Under the pieces are notes generated by a model. That model worked only from the letters and a program-made list of their open reading frames with translations. It was not told the DNA's origin and ran no database searches. The translations under genes were made by a program, and so were the position numbers. Source: Squalus acanthias (Eukaryota). From it: a stretch of 64,000 nt of DNA. Below are positions 38,321 to 50,614 of this stretch, in pieces. The DNA lies in contig CM059431.1 in NCBI GenBank assembly GCA_030390025.1, positions 119,724,001 through 119,788,000 on the forward strand, given 5' to 3'. Each line of letters begins with the position of its first letter. Position 1 is the stretch's first letter.

Positions 38321-39322
38321 GCCTTAAATATTCTCTGGGTGCAGCAGCGCTGTTAACTCCGGAATGTGCTCTAAAAAGTTTACATTTAGGGATGTGCCAA
38401 TCCTGCCCAATAGCTAACTGTGCAATATTATAGGGGTGTGACTATAGGACTTCCTTGTGGTCTCAAATAGACATTGTGACTTTTATATATGCCCACTTGT
38501 TTGCGTCTCCAAGCTTTTCAAAGGTAGACTGAGAAAGTATTTGGTAAGACTGGGCCAGATACAATTCGTCAGACAACAAGTGAAGATACTGAGCAACAAT
38601 TTTGATCGGACTCACTTAATTCTATAGTATAATTTGTCTTTGGTAATAATACAAAATAATAAGCATGCTATGCTTCCCCACATCTTGCTTGACTTAAACT
38701 AAATAGCCTAGAAATTCAGCTGTGCAGCGGAAATCTAACCATAGTATTTATGGACGACTGAAATATTTTAGGATGTTCTGAATCCTGTGTACCAAAGGAA
38801 ATATATTATTTTGATCAATTTGATTTCCTCTCTTTGACGATATGTTTTCAAACACACTGGTACGATCTTCAACTTCCATCCGAAACGAGCGTGAAGTCAA
38901 TAGAGTGGCTACGCCACTGGCCTGAAGCTGGAGTTAGGGGGTCCTGAACTAGTTTTGGTTCAGACTGCATTGAACTGCCTCGATCGAGCTGCGAGTGCCA
39001 TCTGGGCACCCCACTGCACGGATGTGGAAGAGCGTTAATTCAGCCAACTCCCATGTTGGTTTGGCCAGCAAGTCGAGTGTGGGCGGTGATGTGCTTCCAG
39101 GCAGGGGGATGCCTGGCATGGGCCAGTAATGTGCCGTATATTTTTTTTATGGGCCCAGGAGGAGCCACACAAAAATAAAAATTAGAAATATCCTGGGCCG
39201 TTTTTTGAGCGGCCTCCAGTGATCCCTTTAAGTACTGTTGGTTAGGCCATTCAACGCCTGGTACAAGCGCGTTCAGCATGTTGCTCACATGCTCCACCCA
39301 TTCGTACTTGCTAATTACAATC

Positions 39323-40158
39323 TGTAAGATCTCACTCCTGAGACCTACAGGTTATTGATTCTTACTTGATATTTACGAGAAATTACACGAGACACACGAG
39401 TTCCATCTTTAAGATATTATTGTCCTTAAGACAGATTCAAAACCCCTATCACTATTGCTCTGAATTCAAGCAGTACACCAATAATGTTACAAGAGATCAT
39501 ACATACAGCCACCCGCTGATGATCAGTCCAGTGTTGATTTTAGGTCCTTGTAGGCGAGATGACTGGCCAGGCCAACTCCTTCCGACTGCAGTGCTGATAT
39601 CTTTTAGTCCCTGTCTTTTATACAGTTCTTGTTCTTCTCCGTAAATTTCCATCATGCAGGGGCTGTGAGGGTCGTTCCTCCAATGTTCAGCTTAAGTTGT
39701 CCGAGCCGTCAATCTCTCAAAAATACACATCTTGTGTCTACTGACCGTTGTTATTTGCAGATGTGGTCGGCCGACCATTTGGCCACAATACAGATTGTGC
39801 AAAACTCGTTAACTCATGTCCTGTTTTGCAGAACTCCCAAGGTCTGTCTCCTCCCTTCAGCTACAGATGTCTTATTTTATGACCCCGAGGCCCCAAGGCC
39901 GTTCACACCACTTGCCTGAAGATGTACCTGTCTTGGTCACGCCCAACCGTTTGTTCCTGCTCAGGGTCTGTTGCTTCCTGAACTGATTAACAGCTTGCAG
40001 CCTTCACAGCACATAGTCGCAGTAGTTTATTTTACATTTGTTCAGCAGAAAGCCTCTCAAGGAAAGCTGGTACATTAAATTAGGTCAACTTTTAAGTTTG
40101 GTCACGTTACAGCAAACTTTTACAGCAAAAGATTACAGCACATGCTTATTTTCTTACA
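39323..40158 (-). mobile_element. Solo LTR, 836 bp
   Basis: Inverted termini tgtaaga / tcttaca, 4-bp TSD AATC (39319-39322, 40159-40162); minus-strand TATAAAA near 39616-39622. Confidence 0.8.
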
Positions 40159-40214
40159 AATCATGCTCCTACAATTGCTGTCGGACACCGATTTGGATAT
40201 TTAAACAGCCTGTT

Positions 40215-40460
40215 TAGAGTCACATCGAGTCACAACGGCACAGAAGGAGGCCACTTGGCCCATCGAGTCCGCGCCGGCTCTCTGCAGTGCAATCCAGCCA
40301 GTCCCACTCCCCCGCTCCATCCCCGCAGACCCGCAAGTCCACCTCCCCCAAGTGCCCATCCAGTCTCCCCCCGAAAATGTCGAGAGTCTCCGCCTCCACC
40401 ACCTCCGTCGGCAGCGAACTCCAGGCCATCACAACTCGCCGCGCAAAAAAGCCTCTTCTC
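40215..40460 (-). mobile_element. CR1 3' fragment with massive sense-strand A-to-G change
   Basis: Colinear with 13201-13432 but about 30 plus-strand T-to-C substitutions. Confidence 0.9.
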
Positions 40461-42269
40461 TCCTCTTCTGTTGTTGGAAACAGGCTAGTGGGCTGCTCAG
40501 CCATTTACAGGCTCTCCTGAAAATTATATCAGGCGAGCTTTGGGCATCAATGGGTGGCTGAGGTGCCCCCCTGCCCCGCCCCACTGACCTCACTTTTTCA
40601 ACGGCCAGATGCCTATTTTCAGCTGACTGTTGACCTTCCCCATCAGCTTTCTCATGGCTTCAAATTTTTTCTTGGCACATCGCTTATAAAAATCAGCTCC
40701 TGCTTTCGTCCTGAGTTAGTTACCTCATATTTGAAGAGAGCAGGTGCCGTGGAGAAAATGTAAAAGTTTGATAAACAATTCCAGTTTTGTATTCATATGG
40801 GAGCTGATTTCCTTTGTATTGATTTCTGCTCCGCACGATGGCCTCCTGCAGTCATGGTAAGATTCACCACACAGGCCCATGGCTGAATCTCTAGAAATTG
40901 CTCTGCCTCCCTCTAGAGAATTGCCAAGCAGTGTCACAGCTAAGATTGGGAGCTTAGCGTATGAAGTAAGTCCACTGTAACAGATGTGAATCCACATCCA
41001 ACTACTGCAGTTTGTGATGGTATTCATGCTGCAATATACAGCACCACCATACAGACAGAAAATTGCCAGCTTGTTGTTGCTTACCTCTTCAGGGAGAATG
41101 TGCAAATGTTAATTGTTCTGTTTCACATATCACATGAATTCCCAGTTTTCCAATCAGATGCAGATGAGATGTACGGATGTAGTCTGTATCCAATATTTCA
41201 CATACGACTCCCCATGTGGAAAAACAGCAAGTGGGGTCTGTAACAGACATGTCTTCACACTGCTAATGAACAACAGGATTTGCTTGAAACTTGGTAAAGG
41301 GTTGTTTATTATTTGCTTCAGACTCAGGTTGAAATCCGGTAAAGGAAATTGAAATGAAGACTATTAATAACCTAATAGTTGATCTCTTGTAGTGTTAATG
41401 ATGAACATAAGTGCATTCCTTTCTTGGCATTATTGTCCCTATGCTTGTCTTTCTCTACTTATTTCGGTTTTACTCGGGTGAATTTCACAATCCTGTGTTC
41501 CCATCAGGGAAGGCATGCTCCAAAGGAGATGAGGTCAAATATGGACTGTAACATTGTAGCTTCTATTCTCTGGCCCATACTACCTTTGAGGGTAGCTCTC
41601 TACTGTTAACACAGGATTTACCATATGTCACCTACCTTTTTGTGTTTGTTTTTCCTCTTCTTCCTTTTTCCTCTTTCTTTCTCTCTCGCTCTCTCTCTTT
41701 CTGTCCCCTTTTCCCCTCTGTCTGCCTCTTACATAATGAATGGCATTGTAAGGGATTGCCTTGGAACATCTGGTCTAAGCACTGCTGAAAGTATTACAGT
41801 GCTTCTTTTGCAGATCATATATGTGTTGCTGTCAGGCTCAGCTTGGGTGTTTAATGTACCCTACTCACCATACACAACAATGGGCCAACTGTATGGAAAG
41901 GGTTAATCAGACTTCAAGTCTGCTAATGTAATACTGCAATTGAGTTTTCTTTGTATTGTAGTAATGTTAGCTTTTAAGCTTTGTTTGTTAAGTAGGGAAG
42001 TATGATTCTTAAATTGTAATATCTGAAAATAGTTACAAGATTACAGCAACTCGAAGGTAATATCACCTGCTTAATGAGAAAAGTTAATAGGAGACATGGA
42101 TAAGAAAGGATTACTAAATTCAGCAGCACAATGACAGGACAGGCAGAAAAGCTCCCTTTGTACCAAAGAGAAAGAGAAAGATTTCATTAGAAGGGAGGCC
42201 ATCCCTTTGTTACCTCCAGACTGGATATTCCAATGCTTTCCTGACTGGCCTCCCATTGTCCACCCTCCA

Positions 42270-42740
42270 TTAACTTCAGCTCATCCTAACTCGCATCAAG
42301 TTCCGTTCACCCATCACCCTTTGCTCGCTGGCTTACATTGGCACCTGGTTCATCAGCACCTCAATTTTAAAATTCTCATCCGCATGTTCAAATCCCTCCT
42401 TAGCTTTTCCCCTTCCTATCTCTGTAAGCTCCTCCAGCCCTACAACCCTCCAAGAACTCTGTGTTCCCTCAACTCTGGCCTCTTAGGCATCCCTCATTTC
42501 CTTTGCCCCACTAGTGACAACCATGCCTTCAGCCGTCTAGGCCCTAAATTATGAAATTCCCTTCCGAAACCTCTCCTCTGCAAGACGCTCCTTAAACCTA
42601 CATCTTTGACCAAGCTTTTAGTAACCCATCCTAATATTTTGTTCTTTGGCTCGGAGTCAATTTTGTCTGATTACGCTCCTTTGAAGTGGCTTGGGATGTT
42701 TTACTACTTCAAACGTACTAAATAAATGTAATTTTTTGTT
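42270..42740 (+). mobile_element. L2 LINE 3' fragment
   Basis: LAGLHWHLVHQHLNFKILI...LLQPYNPPRTLCS...AFSRLGPKL. Confidence 0.85.
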
Positions 42741-44489
42741 GAAGTCTGACTTAAGATAAACGCCTGCCTGAGAAAGACAGCCTGGAACTAGAAAGTTAGA
42801 GAGTGTGCTTTTTGCAGTCAAGTTAAGGGAGTTTTGAAGGTTGAGTTATTTTTACCCATGTCAATCATTTTAGCACAGATCTGTAGCTGCAACAATAGAA
42901 CATAATCAAATCAGTGTTGAATAATACATAATCAGGGATACCTTTTGATGTAACCGTGCAATGTAGAAAGGTGTGAATTGTCATGTAGTCGAGATGAGAG
43001 AAATGTAGAAAAAGTGGTAGTCTGTAATCAGGATTCGGATTCATAAAATGTTTGATCAACCTATATACTGAGCTCAGAACTGTAATGTGTTTGTGTTTCC
43101 AACCATCAGGTGTGGTTGTAAGTGTTATCTTTTAAGTGTATATTTAAGTACTATTGCATGTACTGTATGTTTAATAAATCTATGAATTCTTGACCTCAGT
43201 TCTTCAAGAACCTTATTGATTTTGAGGAATAGATAGAACATCTAATCATAAATAATAACCATCCTCTAAAAATGGAAAGGGTAGTGGATGCCTGTAAGTT
43301 TGGCATTTGAGCCTTGTACGACTCAGGAAGGTATTCATTGGAAAATATAAGAGACATTGGTTCTAATTCTTGATTTGTATTTTTACCTGGGGGCCCTGGT
43401 AGATGATAAATTCAGCCTGAACACAGTCCTACTGGACCATGATGAAAAAAGGGGAAATTAACTTTGTGTCTTTCTTTTCTTTCTTCAACGACAGCAAAGT
43501 CCCAGTGTAGGTTAAGTTTCTCCTGCATAACATGTCCAAACAGTCCTCCATTGTAGTTCAAAATTGCTGGGATGCAATGGAAGAGTTTCCTTTGGTTAAT
43601 GTGTGAGATCCAGGATGAAGCTGTGAGGAGCATTAGTGGAAAAGGGAGGGAAGGCTTCAGCCTACACTGAGCTGTCACCGAGTACTCTGGAAAAGAGTCA
43701 GCTTCATGACGGCTTTACCAAATAAGAACCTGGATTAAGCTGTCGGTGAAGAATAAACCTGGTATGCGGCTATGGACTGTTGCTGGAAGGTGTTACTTGG
43801 AGGTTGGAGATGAGAACGTGCACCTATACATCTGGGGCTTGGTGCCTATCATGATTACATGGTAGAAAGGCAAACAGTTGCTTCTGAAGCTGTGCCCCAT
43901 CCAACTAACATTCAATATGATGTGTGTGCACAACAGTTGGTCAGGTGTTTGGTGACAATGCATTAATATCTATTATTTGTAGTTGGGATTCTAGCTAACC
44001 AGCTCCAGGTAACGCTGTAGGCCAAAGCCCGAATTATGTTAGCTGGACAAGCAGAAGGAAGTTTACCAGTGATCTGCTCTGGTAAGCTATGCTGTTTTAA
44101 CTGGTTAAACTCCAAGAATGCCCTGTGTACTCTTGGGGGTCTTGCAACAATGTGGTCTTCACCTGTATTGCCTGAACTATATCTTTGAATTGATAACATC
44201 TCTATAATGTTAAAATTCAGCATTCTATCTCAACAATAGCCAACAGCTAGGAGGCAGACTAGTTACCCTATTACTTTGGAATGTTAAATAGTAAACAAAG
44301 GCTGAACCATTGCGTGCAATCATAAATGTTTCATACAATTGTGATGAAACAGTTCCTTTACAACACTTAAGTGATAAAGCATCATCTTATTCCATTTGCC
44401 CAGTGGGGGAGGGGGGTTAGTTTAATCAGATTTTTAGCTGATTTGTGTTCCCAAATCAATGGGGAGGCATTTTAATCAATCCCTAAAGG

Positions 44490-44665
44490 ACATTATTTAA
44501 CCAGTTGGGTTTTACGACAATCTTTTGCTGATACCAGCTTTTCATTTTCAGATTGTTTGAACCTAAATTCAAATTCTCAAACTGCCATAATGGGTTTTGA
44601 ACTCACATTCTCTGGATTATTAGTCCAAACCATTGGATTACTAGTCCAGTAACATAAGCATCATA
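44490..44665 (-). mobile_element. 5' part of a tRNA-derived SINE
   Basis: Minus strand reads ttatgttactggactagtaatcc...gtgagttcaaaaccc (B-box-like). Confidence 0.5.
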
Positions 44666-44939
44666 TCTCTAAAACAAAACATGGAAGTTGTGACTTTCAA
44701 GCCCAACCCCACACTTAAGCTCTTTGGATTTACGTAACTGGTCTGTGTCCCTAAGGAGAGAGTCTGCACTCTACAATGGGCAAACAGATTCCCTACAGGT
44801 GGGTTCAGATTTCTCAGTATCATTAACTGGAGACCCTTAGAAACGATGATGGATTTTCATGTATGTTAAACACATATTTGATCAAAATGCCACTTATCAA
44901 TGTTCTCTCATTGCTGTCTCTGTCTCCAATTCTACTTTA

Positions 44940-45960
44940 ACATAAGAACATAAGATATAAGACATTGGAGCTGGAGGTGGTCATTTGGCCCTTTGAGCTT
45001 GCTCCGCCATTCAATAAGATCATGGCTGATCTGATCTTGGCCTCAACTCCACTTCCCTGCCCGCTCCCCATAACCCTTGACTCCCTTACCTTTCAAAAAT
45101 CTGTCTATGTCCACCTTAAATATATTCAATGACCCAGCCTCCACAGCTCTCTGGGGAAGAGAATTCCAAAGATTCACGACCCTCTGAGAGAAGAAATTCC
45201 TCCTCATTTCCGATTTAAAAGGGTGCTCCCTTATTCTGAAATTATGCCTCCTTTGTCTAGATTCCCCCACGAGGTGAAACATGCTCTCCGCATCTACCCT
45301 GTCAAGCCCCTTCAGAATTGGCCCAGAAATTAGGCTCCCTGGCTTCCCGCGGGTGCAAGGATCCCGCGTGCACTTACCTACCGCGCCTGCCGTTGACCTC
45401 TGGGCCCAGGGGAACTTGAGCTCCTGTGCCTCCTGCAGCTGCCGCCGCGCAGTGCATGTGTATCCCAGCGGTGTAGTTAGTGCGATGCGTCCCCTGGGAT
45501 CACGTGGGCCATGGAGAGCCAATGGCAGCAGACCATCTTTTATTCATAGATTTGACAGGAAGACCTGTCAAATCTATGAATTGAAATCGGCCCCAAAACA
45601 ACACCTAAACTTCAAATAATTTTTTTAAAAAACCATCACATTTTTAAAATAACTATAAGTTAAATAAATTAACTACTTTAAACAAAAATTTAAATTTTTG
45701 AAAAAATTAAAATACTTTTTAACAGTGCTAAAAATAAACTTACCTTTCTTTAAAGTATCTGAAAAAGATAAACCTGTTGAAATTTTTTTTAAATTGTAAT
45801 TAATTAACCACTTACCTTGTTAAAAACGCAGGAAAAGTGCAGGAAACCGGCACTTCAGGAGGGCCTTACGGGTGAGTACACAGCGCGTACTCACCCGGCA
45901 AGTGCCGAATTTTTGGCCCTATATGTTTCAATAAGATCCACTCTCATTCTTCAAAACTCT
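44940..45960 (-). mobile_element. CR1 3' end interrupted by a MITE
   Basis: LKGLDRVDAESMF...FFSQRVVNLWNSLP; (cataagaa)n tail; CR1 resumes at 45920. Confidence 0.9.
45320..45919. mobile_element. Harbinger-type MITE, same family as 17806-18567, opposite orientation, internally deleted
   Basis: TIRs ggcccagaaatt / aatttttggccc; reverse-complement identity to 18070-18567 and 17806-17890. Confidence 0.88.
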
Positions 45961-46120
45961 TTCTGCCTCTTTCTGCTGGTCTGTTATTCCTTCTGTCACT
46001 TTGGGTGCTTTTGTGAATAAAGGAGCAGTGGACTGGTAAAGGCCTGAAAGTGAAGGAAAGAGGGCAGCTAGTCATTACAGACACAGACACAAAACATTTT
46101 ATTACATGGATGATAATAGT

Positions 46121-46177
<57 letters not shown>

Positions 46178-46178
46178 T

Positions 46179-46210
<32 letters not shown>

Positions 46211-46225
46211 CTAGATGATAGATAG
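46121..46225. repeat. (GATA)n microsatellite
   Basis: Direct observation. Confidence 0.97.
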
Positions 46226-47606
46226 AAAATACAAGTAGAATAAGAATATAGCAGACTTAGATTTTTCATATTAAGTACAATTATTGCTCCTTTTTTAATT
46301 ACTGCAAGTGATGCAATATAAGCTCTCCAGTTAGGCAATGCAGCATTATGAATAATATTCAATCAACTGCACCTTTACATTTTGAATTTTAGTTATGATT
46401 TCCACATACATAATTATTTGTAATCTATTCATTACAAATATTCTATTTAGGAGATTTGACATTTAAAATAATAATATATTACAAGTGGAGGGAAATGCTT
46501 TTCAGTTTTGTTCTAATTATGCGCTCACAGGATTTCAGGCCTGGAGTTCACCACTCTCCACCCTGACTCTGGGCTCTGGTGGAGCCGACTCCCAATTTCA
46601 CAGCCACTCACTCTCAATCGTGCACTTTGTTATACCCTTCAAATCCTAACCTTTCCTCCCCCAACTAGGAGACCACAGTGGTGGTGAAATCCAGGGGCCG
46701 GGCAGTGGTGGTGAGGGTCAGAGTTTGGAACTGGTAACAGCGAACTCCAGGTCCAGGAAGCAGCAATGCCAAAGGTTGACGCCAGAGTCAGTGGTAAAAA
46801 ATTTACAGATAACTGCACTGAGTTGATCCATTGGTTAGCTCTCCATACTAATATCCCAAATAAAGAATCAGTGGTAGAAAACAATATCAGCCTAAATATA
46901 AAATACTAAAATTTAAAAAATGGCTGCTCTGTTTCTTTTTATGGGGATCTAATTATGAGGTGGTCTGATATCGTTAATATGGACCAATCAGGAAAATTAG
47001 AAGCTCACCGCAGTATCACAGACACTCTGACATAAGAGGATAAATTCACAAATCCTGCAATTCCAAGTGGGGAGCCACACTCAGTGGGATCATGGGTTGG
47101 AGAGAGAGCGCTACAATGCCACTTCTCCAACCTGTGCTGTTTTCAAACACTTTTCCAGACTGAAAGTGTGGGATCAGTGAATCCACTCTTAGCTTTTTGA
47201 TGATATGTAGATTCATAGACTTTCATACTAATTCTCTCTCTCACTTTTCTAATGTACCTTGATAAATTTGACATTTGGCATGTGTTTTTTGATGAGTGAC
47301 AGATCAATTTCACTAAGCACGGGAGTATTTACTGTCAGTGTTATGAATCAGACCATGAAAATTCTTCTTTAACACAATCACTTTTAAACTTACTTCCCAT
47401 GGTACTATAAATACAGTTGTGTGCCTAATTCTTGGATTGTAAGCTCTGATAATTCACAGTATGATGGAAAGTCCTGCCAGTTTCTTTTTTATTAGAAGGA
47501 ATTGTCAAACATAAGATTAATTCTCAGACAGATCCCATCTAAGGAAAACCTCTGAATGCCCTTAGCCAACAAACCATGGCCTGCAATCACATGATACAAG
47601 TGCAGA

Positions 47607-49594
47607 GGGCTGGATTTTACCAACCTCGGCGGGTCCGGGGCGGGTGACATCCTTCGCGTGTGGGGACCTCGCATCAGTCTCGATCCCGGCCTCCAACAAG
47701 ATTTTTCATTGATTGGGCTTGTTAAATCCGCCCTGCGAGATTCCCAGCCGATTAATAGGAAGCGGTTCTGATGACGTCATTTGATGACGCATCATCAGCC
47801 GGTTTCCTTAAAGGAGCCATGTCCACAATCATTTTGACAGTTCTGCTGTCAGTGTTCTGCAGCATTGAGGTGCTGCAAACACTGACAAGCACTGCACAAA
47901 GGTGCACGGCTGCACCCAGGCTCTCCCATGACTCCCTCCATAAGCATACAGAACACAGGGAGGTTTTCTTCCCTTCCAATAGGCAGAAGACACCCCCCCA
48001 GGAGACCAACACAGCTTGGTTGCACAGTGCACAGGAGGGCACAAGTAGGGTTGTTGTCAGGAGGACCAGGCTGCAGTGGCACAAACCTTTCAATGGTCTC
48101 AGTAGGTCACGAAACGTTACTGCAAAGCCACACTCAGCCTCATCCTGCTGTGCCACTCATCACATCCCCATCACTCTGCCTTCCCTACGCTACTCCTGCA
48201 CATCTTTACTCACACCAACTTACCTTGCACCTCTACCCATCCCTCTCTATCTACATTATCACTTCCCCGTCTCACTAGCCGCTCCTCACACTCACCCTCA
48301 TCCTTGTCCAATCATACCAACTAACAACACACAAGGGTAGGCAGTTGGGTGTTATCGCCAATGTTCATGTAAAGTTTCTGTTAATGTGTTGTCAAACATT
48401 GAAATCTTTATTTTTAACACTTTGCCTTCTTGGACAGATCTGTCTGCACCATTGGAAGTGGCTTAGTGAGTTGCAATGAATGGTGAGACATAACGGTATC
48501 CCCCCCACCCCTCCCCCCCAATAGTGATGAGTGTGAAAGGAATGGCTTGGGCATTGAAGAGTGCTTTATGGCGTTGGTGTGGGCTGGTGCCAACCTGGTG
48601 CATTATGTGGCAGCCAGGGTGTACAGCATCAACTGAAGTAAATCTGGCCATGGTGAGGCCATCCCTGGGCTCCCGGGCAGCAATGTGGTTGGGTGCTGAT
48701 GCCCTGTGTCCTGTGCAGCATCAGGTAATTGCAGAGAAGGTTGGGACTGTTGTTGGTGCTGCTGGTGTGCCTAGTGATGCTGGTGTTGGGGCTGATCGTG
48801 GTGGGATTCTGAGGACCAAGGTGAGATTTTTTCAAGGGCACCGTGCTGATGGAATAGATGGCAGCTGAAGTTGAGATGGCAGAATCGATCTGTCAATGGG
48901 GAGAGAGGTTGCTCCAAGGAGGTGACACTGGATAGAGAGTTTGCTCCAAACACTTCAAACCTCCATAAAGCTGAAAAGTGTGTTCCAAATCCTGAGGACT
49001 CCAGCCTTTGGCCAGATTTACTTCAGTTGACGCTGTACACCCTGGCTGCCACATGATGCGCCAGGTTGGCACCACCCCACGCCAACACCATAAAGCATCC
49101 CTTCAATGCCCAAGCCATTCCTTTTACACTCATCACCATTGGGGGGCGGGGGGTGGGGGGGTGGGTACCTTTATGTCTCACCATTCATTGCAACTCACTA
49201 AGCCACTTCCAATGGTGCACACAGATTGGAAAGTGAAAAGCTGTGAAATGATAGCTTTTATACCACTTTTGTAGTTGTCAACTATTCACAGCAATGCAGA
49301 GTCATTGAGAACTCGACACACTTACCTGGCGTGATCCCCGAGCACCGTGAACCTCGTAAAAAACATGGAAAAATCGTTAGGACCTGGTAAAATGCTGCTT
49401 AATAGCTTTAAGCAGCTTCTTAAGTATTGCAATTGCCTGACCCGTCGCTTAGTGCCGGGTCTGCAAACCGCAGGCAGAGCCGGCACTTGGGAAATTAACA
49501 AGGAGGTGGATTTAGAGCGGACTTCTGCCCCGCTGTCAATCACTGCCATTTTGACAGTGGACCCGCCTCCGAACCCACCGACAAAATTCAGCCC
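47607..49594 (+). mobile_element. Non-autonomous Harbinger element with Myb/SANT remnant
   Basis: TIRs gggctggatttt / aaaattcagccc, TSD AGA; ORF AAPRLSHDSL...REVFFP...TNTAWL...RRTRLQWHKPFNGLSRS. Confidence 0.85.
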
Positions 49595-49984
49595 AGAGTG
49601 TGAGAATTAATCCTCTCCTCTCCCTATCATACAGCAGCTACGGAATTTTAGATAACTGTGTTGAGTTGATCCATGTCAGCTCTCTGTACTAATATCCCAA
49701 AGAGAGAATCAGTACTTGGTTTGGGAGCATTTAGCCATACTGTATTCATTTAAAAAATGTTATGAGACCTGGTATATCATTTACATTAGAATTCATAGAT
49801 GTCACAAAAAAATAAAATGCTATAGTACCTTTATGATATATTTATAGATGCATCTTTCTCTAGTTTCTCTCCTATCTCCCCTCATGCCCACTCCGAGCTC
49901 ATCTTGTCTATGGGATCCACCTCCTGCTTCCTTGACACAATTTCCAGTAAACTCCCTATCAAAACTGACGTCATCATCCTGGCT

Positions 49985-50600
49985 TTTATTGCAGCATTGT
50001 GGTCAAGAGGATGCTGTGGTGGTCAGTAACAAAGGGAAGGTGTGGGACAAATGTTGAAAGAGGAATTGTGGTTGTGGTTACTGGTACCGCAGGCGAATGA
50101 TTCGATCCCAGATATCCAGGCCAGAAAGGGGCTGTCTGGGTTGCATCCTTCCTTCCGCTTCTTCCTCTTCTGCGTCTTCCTCTTCTGCTTCTTCCACTCT
50201 GCTTCTTCCTCTTCTGCTTCTTCCTCTTTGCTCTGAGAGCAGCTTGTCCCCTTTGCTGCCTCTGCTTCATCTTCATGTGCCCCCCAGGACTGTGAGCAAG
50301 TGGTCTTCTCAGAGGCAAAACACTGCGGATGCTGGAAATCTGAAATAAAAACAGAAAATGTTGGACATACTCAGCACGCCAGGCAGCATCTCGACCAGAA
50401 ATGTTAACTTTGTTTCTCTCTCCACAGATGCTGCCTGACCTGCCAGCACTTTCTGTCTTCTCAGAGACCTTCATTTACCATTCAAAGCCTTGCAAGCATC
50501 CAGCAGCACTCCCTGCACACTTTAACAACTTTTCGAATGTATTGCACCAAGCCACGACTTCAATAAAATATTTTTAAAAACTCTGAAAACTGAAATCAAA
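49985..50600 (-). mobile_element. Harbinger transposase 3' remnant (acidic tail), split by a PLE insertion
   Basis: Minus strand EEEAEEEDAEEEEAEGRMQPRQPLSGLDIWDRIIRLRYQ* parallels the transposase tail at 3712-3880. Confidence 0.5.
50315..50454. mobile_element. PLE-like inverted terminal fragment with 12-bp TSD
   Basis: gtcttctcagag duplicated at 50303-50314 and 50455-50466; inverted halves of the same tail as 1-74. Confidence 0.75.
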
Positions 50601-50614
50601 ACTTACAATACAGA

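Noticed and set aside
41080..41240. Minus-strand donor GAG|gtaagc as an exon end
   Set aside because: All three frames back to the plausible acceptor at about 41238 contain stops.
42780..43210. Possible old LTR or 3' UTR (AATAAA near 43173)
   Set aside because: No TG...CA termini with TSD or upstream exon could be located.
49986..50474. Basic Arg/Lys-rich 162-aa ORF
   Set aside because: Off-frame reading of a transposase acidic tail fused to a PLE fragment.
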